Assembly: GCA_047518015.1 (NCBI GenBank)
Contig: JAKZRS010000016.1
Location: 1 to 59,789 of the forward strand
Reading direction: 5' to 3'
DNA length: 59,789 bases
DNA from: Thermodesulfobacteriota bacterium
GTDB taxonomy: Bacteria; Desulfobacterota_D; UBA1144; Nemesobacterales; Nemesobacteraceae
The notes under the pieces are model-generated. The model made no database searches. It was not told where the DNA came from and worked only from the letters and a program-made list of their open reading frames with translations. The translations under genes were made by a program, and so were the position numbers. This document shows positions 56,785 through 59,789 of the stretch, one piece after another (position 1 is the first letter of the stretch; every line of letters begins with the position of its first letter).

Positions 56785-59229
56785 TTAGCTGCACTTCGAG
56801 AATCCGCAACCCCTACAGGTAACGCAACCCGATTCAAACGCAAGAGCCCTGCTTCCGCAGTCGGGGCATTGCTCAAGTATAAGATCCGTTGAAACCTTCT
56901 GGGTACCACCGTTTGCTTCCATCGTGACGAAATGGCTTCTCAGCACCTTGGCTATGGCGTCGGGGACGGACATGATAACCCTCCCCCCTGAAAAAACTGG
57001 TGAGGAACCTCCAATGGCCTCCAGCTGTTCCACGACATCTCTGACATCGACCCCAGACCTCAGAGACAGAGATATCAGCCTTCCAGTTGCCTCGGCATCC
57101 GCCATCGTAGTAAATCCGGATTTTCCAATCTGGACGAAAACTTCAAACGGCTTGCCTTCGTAACTGTTTACAGTCACGTAGAGATTCCCATACCCAGTTT
57201 TAATCGCCTCGGTAAAACCTTTCAAGACTGGGGGTCTCGTTACGGGTTTTACCGTCTCTTTTTGAGAGGGATGAGGGGATGCTGTGAGGTTGGAGTGGGT
57301 GGTTGGCATCCCTTCATCCCGGGGTGGGGAGCTTGTTTTTTCTTTTGCTTGTTCTTCTGTTATCAGTACCCCTTCTCTGGAACCTTCTCTGTAGACGGTT
57401 ACCCCCTTGCAGCCGAGTTTCCAGGAAAGAAAATATATCTTCGCGACTTTCTCAGGGCTTATGTCCTTGGGAAGATTCACGGTACTTGATATGCATGAAT
57501 CTATGTGCTTCTGGATCGCGGCCTGCATGCGTACCCGCATCTCCGGTTTTATTCCATGGGAGGTAACGAACGTGTCTGGAAGATCCGCCTCGTCATCCAG
57601 TCCGAATTTCTCCATGTACTCCGATACCAGCGGATGATAAACCTTGAATTCTCCTTCAGACAGAGATTCTGAGCGTCTGAGATAAGACAGGGCAAATATG
57701 GGTTCAACGCCGCTGGTGGTTCCCGCGAGAACCGAACCGCTTCCGACGGGCGGAACCGTCAGTATGCACGCGTTTCGCAGCCCCTGTTTTTTTATCTTGT
57801 TCATCACGTTCTCACGCATACTTTCTACGAACGGATTCGCGATATGGGTTTTGAGGTCAAACACCGGGAAAGTTCCCTTTTCCTTGGCGAGATCGGAACT
57901 GGCTTCGTAAACGATGTTCTTTACGTACTCGAAAAGCTCGTCGGTGAACTTTATACCTTCATGCGTATCGTATTTTATGTTGAGCTTCGCGAGCATGTCT
58001 CCCAAGCCTGTGAACCCGACCCCTATTCTCCTCGACCTCAAAGACGCTTTTGTCTGGAAGCTGAGAGGGTGTTTTTCGATGTTGTAATCCAAGATGTCGT
58101 CAAGGAACCTGACGCTGTATTGAAAGGCCTTCTCAAGCTCCTCCCATTCTATCGAGGCATCCTCCTCGAAGGCGTTTTTGACGAACATGGAGAGATTTAC
58201 GTTTCCGAGACAGCAGTTTCCGTAGTCCTCAAGTGCCTGCTCGCTGCATGGGTTTACCCCGTTTACTTCCATGTTGGCGTATTCGGTCGGAGAGTACCTT
58301 TTGACCGTGTCCCAGAAAATGAGTCCGGGCTCGGCCGAGGACCATGCGGACTGAACGAGCTTGTCCCATATCTTGCGGGCCCGCACAGTTCTTTTTATTT
58401 CGGTTTTCTCATTTGAGAAGCTGAGCTCGTAATCTGTGTCTTTTTCCACAGCCTCCATGAACTGGTCATCCACCTTTACTGAGATGTTGGCGAACTGGAC
58501 TTTTGATCTTGCTACGTCATTTTTTATGTCGAGAAACTCCATTATGTCGGGATGATTGACCTTGATGGTTATCATGAGGGCCCCTCTTCTTCCCGCCTGT
58601 CCTATGGTCCCGGTCGTGGTTGACAGGAGATCCATGAACGATACTGCCCCCGTTGAGTATATGGCCGAATTGTTCACCGGGGAGCCTTTCGGCCTCAGGA
58701 TTGATATGTCGGTTCCGACTCCTCCGCCGAAAGAATAAGTTCTGGCGGCCTCCTTGCACCACTCAAATATGCCCTCTATAGAATCTTCCTTTATGGGCAT
58801 GTAGTAACAGTTAAGGAGTGTAGCCCTTCTTTTCTGACCGGCGCCGAAGAGGATCCTTCCGCCGGGTATGAACTTGAAATCGGAAAGGAGCCAGTAGAAA
58901 TTCTCCTCCCACTGCTTTCTCAGATCCTTTTTTTCTTCGGGAGACGCTATTTCCTTCGCAACCCTTCGCCACATCTGCTGCGGAGTTCTTTCTATTATTT
59001 CCCCCTTCAAGTTGCGAAGAGCGTATTTCTCGTAGAAAACCCGGGCCCTGAGCTTGTCTCCGCCAAAGACGTCAATGGTCTCCGCGGGAATATCTATGGT
59101 ATCGCTTGGAGGTTTTACATGTTCTGGAGAAGCTTCCTGGGTTTGTGTTTCCTGTTCTTCGACAGCGGGCGTTTCCTGATCCGAGGTTCCATTCGCAAGG
59201 GTCTCAGGTTGGTTCTTATCTCCGGGCAT
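56785..59229 (-). CDS. nrdJ: adenosylcobalamin-dependent (class II) ribonucleotide reductase
   Basis: 814 aa. GVNPCSEQALEDYGNCCLGNVNLS active-site region. C-terminal Cys-rich tail CPDCGS...CVTCRGCGFSKCS. Acidic N-terminal extension. Confidence 0.9.
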   Translation of the reverse strand: MPGDKNQPETLANGTSDQETPAVEEQETQTQEASPEHVKPPSDTIDIPAETIDVFGGDKLRARVFYEKYALRNLKGEIIERTPQQMWRRVAKEIASPEEKKDLRKQWEENFYWLLSDFKFIPGGRILFGAGQKRRATLLNCYYMPIKEDSIEGIFEWCKEAARTYSFGGGVGTDISILRPKGSPVNNSAIYSTGAVSFMDLLSTTTGTIGQAGRRGALMITIKVNHPDIMEFLDIKNDVARSKVQFANISVKVDDQFMEAVEKDTDYELSFSNEKTEIKRTVRARKIWDKLVQSAWSSAEPGLIFWDTVKRYSPTEYANMEVNGVNPCSEQALEDYGNCCLGNVNLSMFVKNAFEEDASIEWEELEKAFQYSVRFLDDILDYNIEKHPLSFQTKASLRSRRIGVGFTGLGDMLAKLNIKYDTHEGIKFTDELFEYVKNIVYEASSDLAKEKGTFPVFDLKTHIANPFVESMRENVMNKIKKQGLRNACILTVPPVGSGSVLAGTTSGVEPIFALSYLRRSESLSEGEFKVYHPLVSEYMEKFGLDDEADLPDTFVTSHGIKPEMRVRMQAAIQKHIDSCISSTVNLPKDISPEKVAKIYFLSWKLGCKGVTVYREGSREGVLITEEQAKEKTSSPPRDEGMPTTHSNLTASPHPSQKETVKPVTRPPVLKGFTEAIKTGYGNLYVTVNSYEGKPFEVFVQIGKSGFTTMADAEATGRLISLSLRSGVDVRDVVEQLEAIGGSSPVFSGGRVIMSVPDAIAKVLRSHFVTMEANGGTQKVSTDLILEQCPDCGSRALAFESGCVTCRGCGFSKCS

Positions 59230-59495
59230 GCATTCCTCCTTTACAGTTCCTTGTAAACCTTACCTTCCGGTTTACCTACAAGATGTGTTGCTTATCTTGT
59301 ACGTAGAGTGTATTAAAACACAATATAGGGTAGTGTCAAGAAACTATTTCATTTTTGTTAAGATTAAATTAAGGCAGTCTCTAGAAAGAGAAACCACAAG
59401 ATTCTAAAATTTCAATGAGATCAGATCATTAACCACGGACCATAAAAGTCCTCTGGTAACTCTTGTGCTGTTAAAATTTCCTCCGTAGCAAGCGA

Positions 59496-59789
59496 TCATT
59501 CGAGTTGTTTTCTGAGTACGGTGTACATGGTTTTTTCGTCTGACCATTTGATTTTGCCGGGGTCTTTATAGGATTCGCGGATATTTTCCCTGAATTCCCC
59601 AAGAGATCTTTCAAACTCCTGGCTTTCGTAGAGATAGAAAGTCGAATAATGCTTGCTCTGCGCCCTCTCAGTAAGTTCCTTTAGGGAATTTTCACGAGAG
59701 AGAGTGAAGGTTTTCATCTCCATGAGTTCAAGCCCCTGGGTTCCTTTGATCTCCGACTCCAAGCTGTCGGTTTTGTAAAGGTCCGATTC
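59496..59789 (-). CDS. hypothetical protein, N-terminus possibly outside the window
   Basis: The frame is open to the window edge. In-window starts are TTG 59762 or ATG 59723/59717. No motif recognised. Confidence 0.3.
   Translation of the reverse strand, partial: ESDLYKTDSLESEIKGTQGLELMEMKTFTLSRENSLKELTERAQSKHYSTFYLYESQEFERSLGEFRENIRESYKDPGKIKWSDEKTMYTVLRKQLE

Overview
This is a compact, mostly housekeeping 59.8-kb chromosomal segment from a diderm-type bacterium, judged from a TonB-dependent receptor, Mla components and several lipoproteins. Lineage cannot be assigned from the sequence alone.

Gene order, left to right:
- partial CaCA Ca2+/Na+ antiporter
- acyl-CoA ligase and tadA
- jag-yidC-yidD-rnpA-rpmH (minus strand)
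- oadGAB Na+-pumping oxaloacetate decarboxylase and an SDR
- orphan solute-binding protein
- fur-family regulator plus MerC-like membrane protein
- rpmG-rpmB
- AEC permease, fabH and a 157-aa orphan
- a tandemly duplicated small-protein locus
- BtuF-like protein, gltX and coaE
- three-gene acyl-CoA carboxylase
- two orphan lipoprotein solute-binding proteins
- membrane protein and a divergent pair of LLM oxidoreductases
- cobalamin riboswitch-btuB and grx
- lipoprotein-mlaE
- rplM-rpsI
- inositol-3-phosphate synthase
- sigma-70 factor and Mn-type SOD
- mlaF
- yacL-like-ispD-ispF
- MBL hydrolase-purB-DsbA-like-RDD-gshA-like, then a frameshifted DASS symporter
- pyk
- CPA2 antiporter followed by atpF'-F-H-A-G-D-C
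- nrdJ
- partial orphan

I saw no rRNA or tRNA genes, CRISPR array, IS element, integrase, phage genes or recognisable defence genes.

Three real genes are missing from the supplied ORF track. rpmH and rpmG fall below its size cutoff. The CaCA antiporter has no stop codon inside the window.

I do not see a clear multi-gene novel system. The best candidate for something undescribed is 15934-17235. It holds an orphan 157-aa protein, divergently transcribed from two paralogous small proteins built from a reiterated acidic [DN]PFQS motif. The locus has undergone a ~340-bp tandem duplication that also copied the 3' end of the neighbouring gene.

Other points worth a second look:
- a perfect FNR-consensus box and a perfect 25-bp palindrome between rpmH and oadG
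- a DASS transporter gene broken by two -1 frameshifts
- a dispersed Mla system with a lipoprotein translationally coupled to mlaE
- a B12 riboswitch with an apparent anti-SD
- a divergent pair of leaderless-looking promoters

All functional calls rest on motif recognition by eye; no searches were run.
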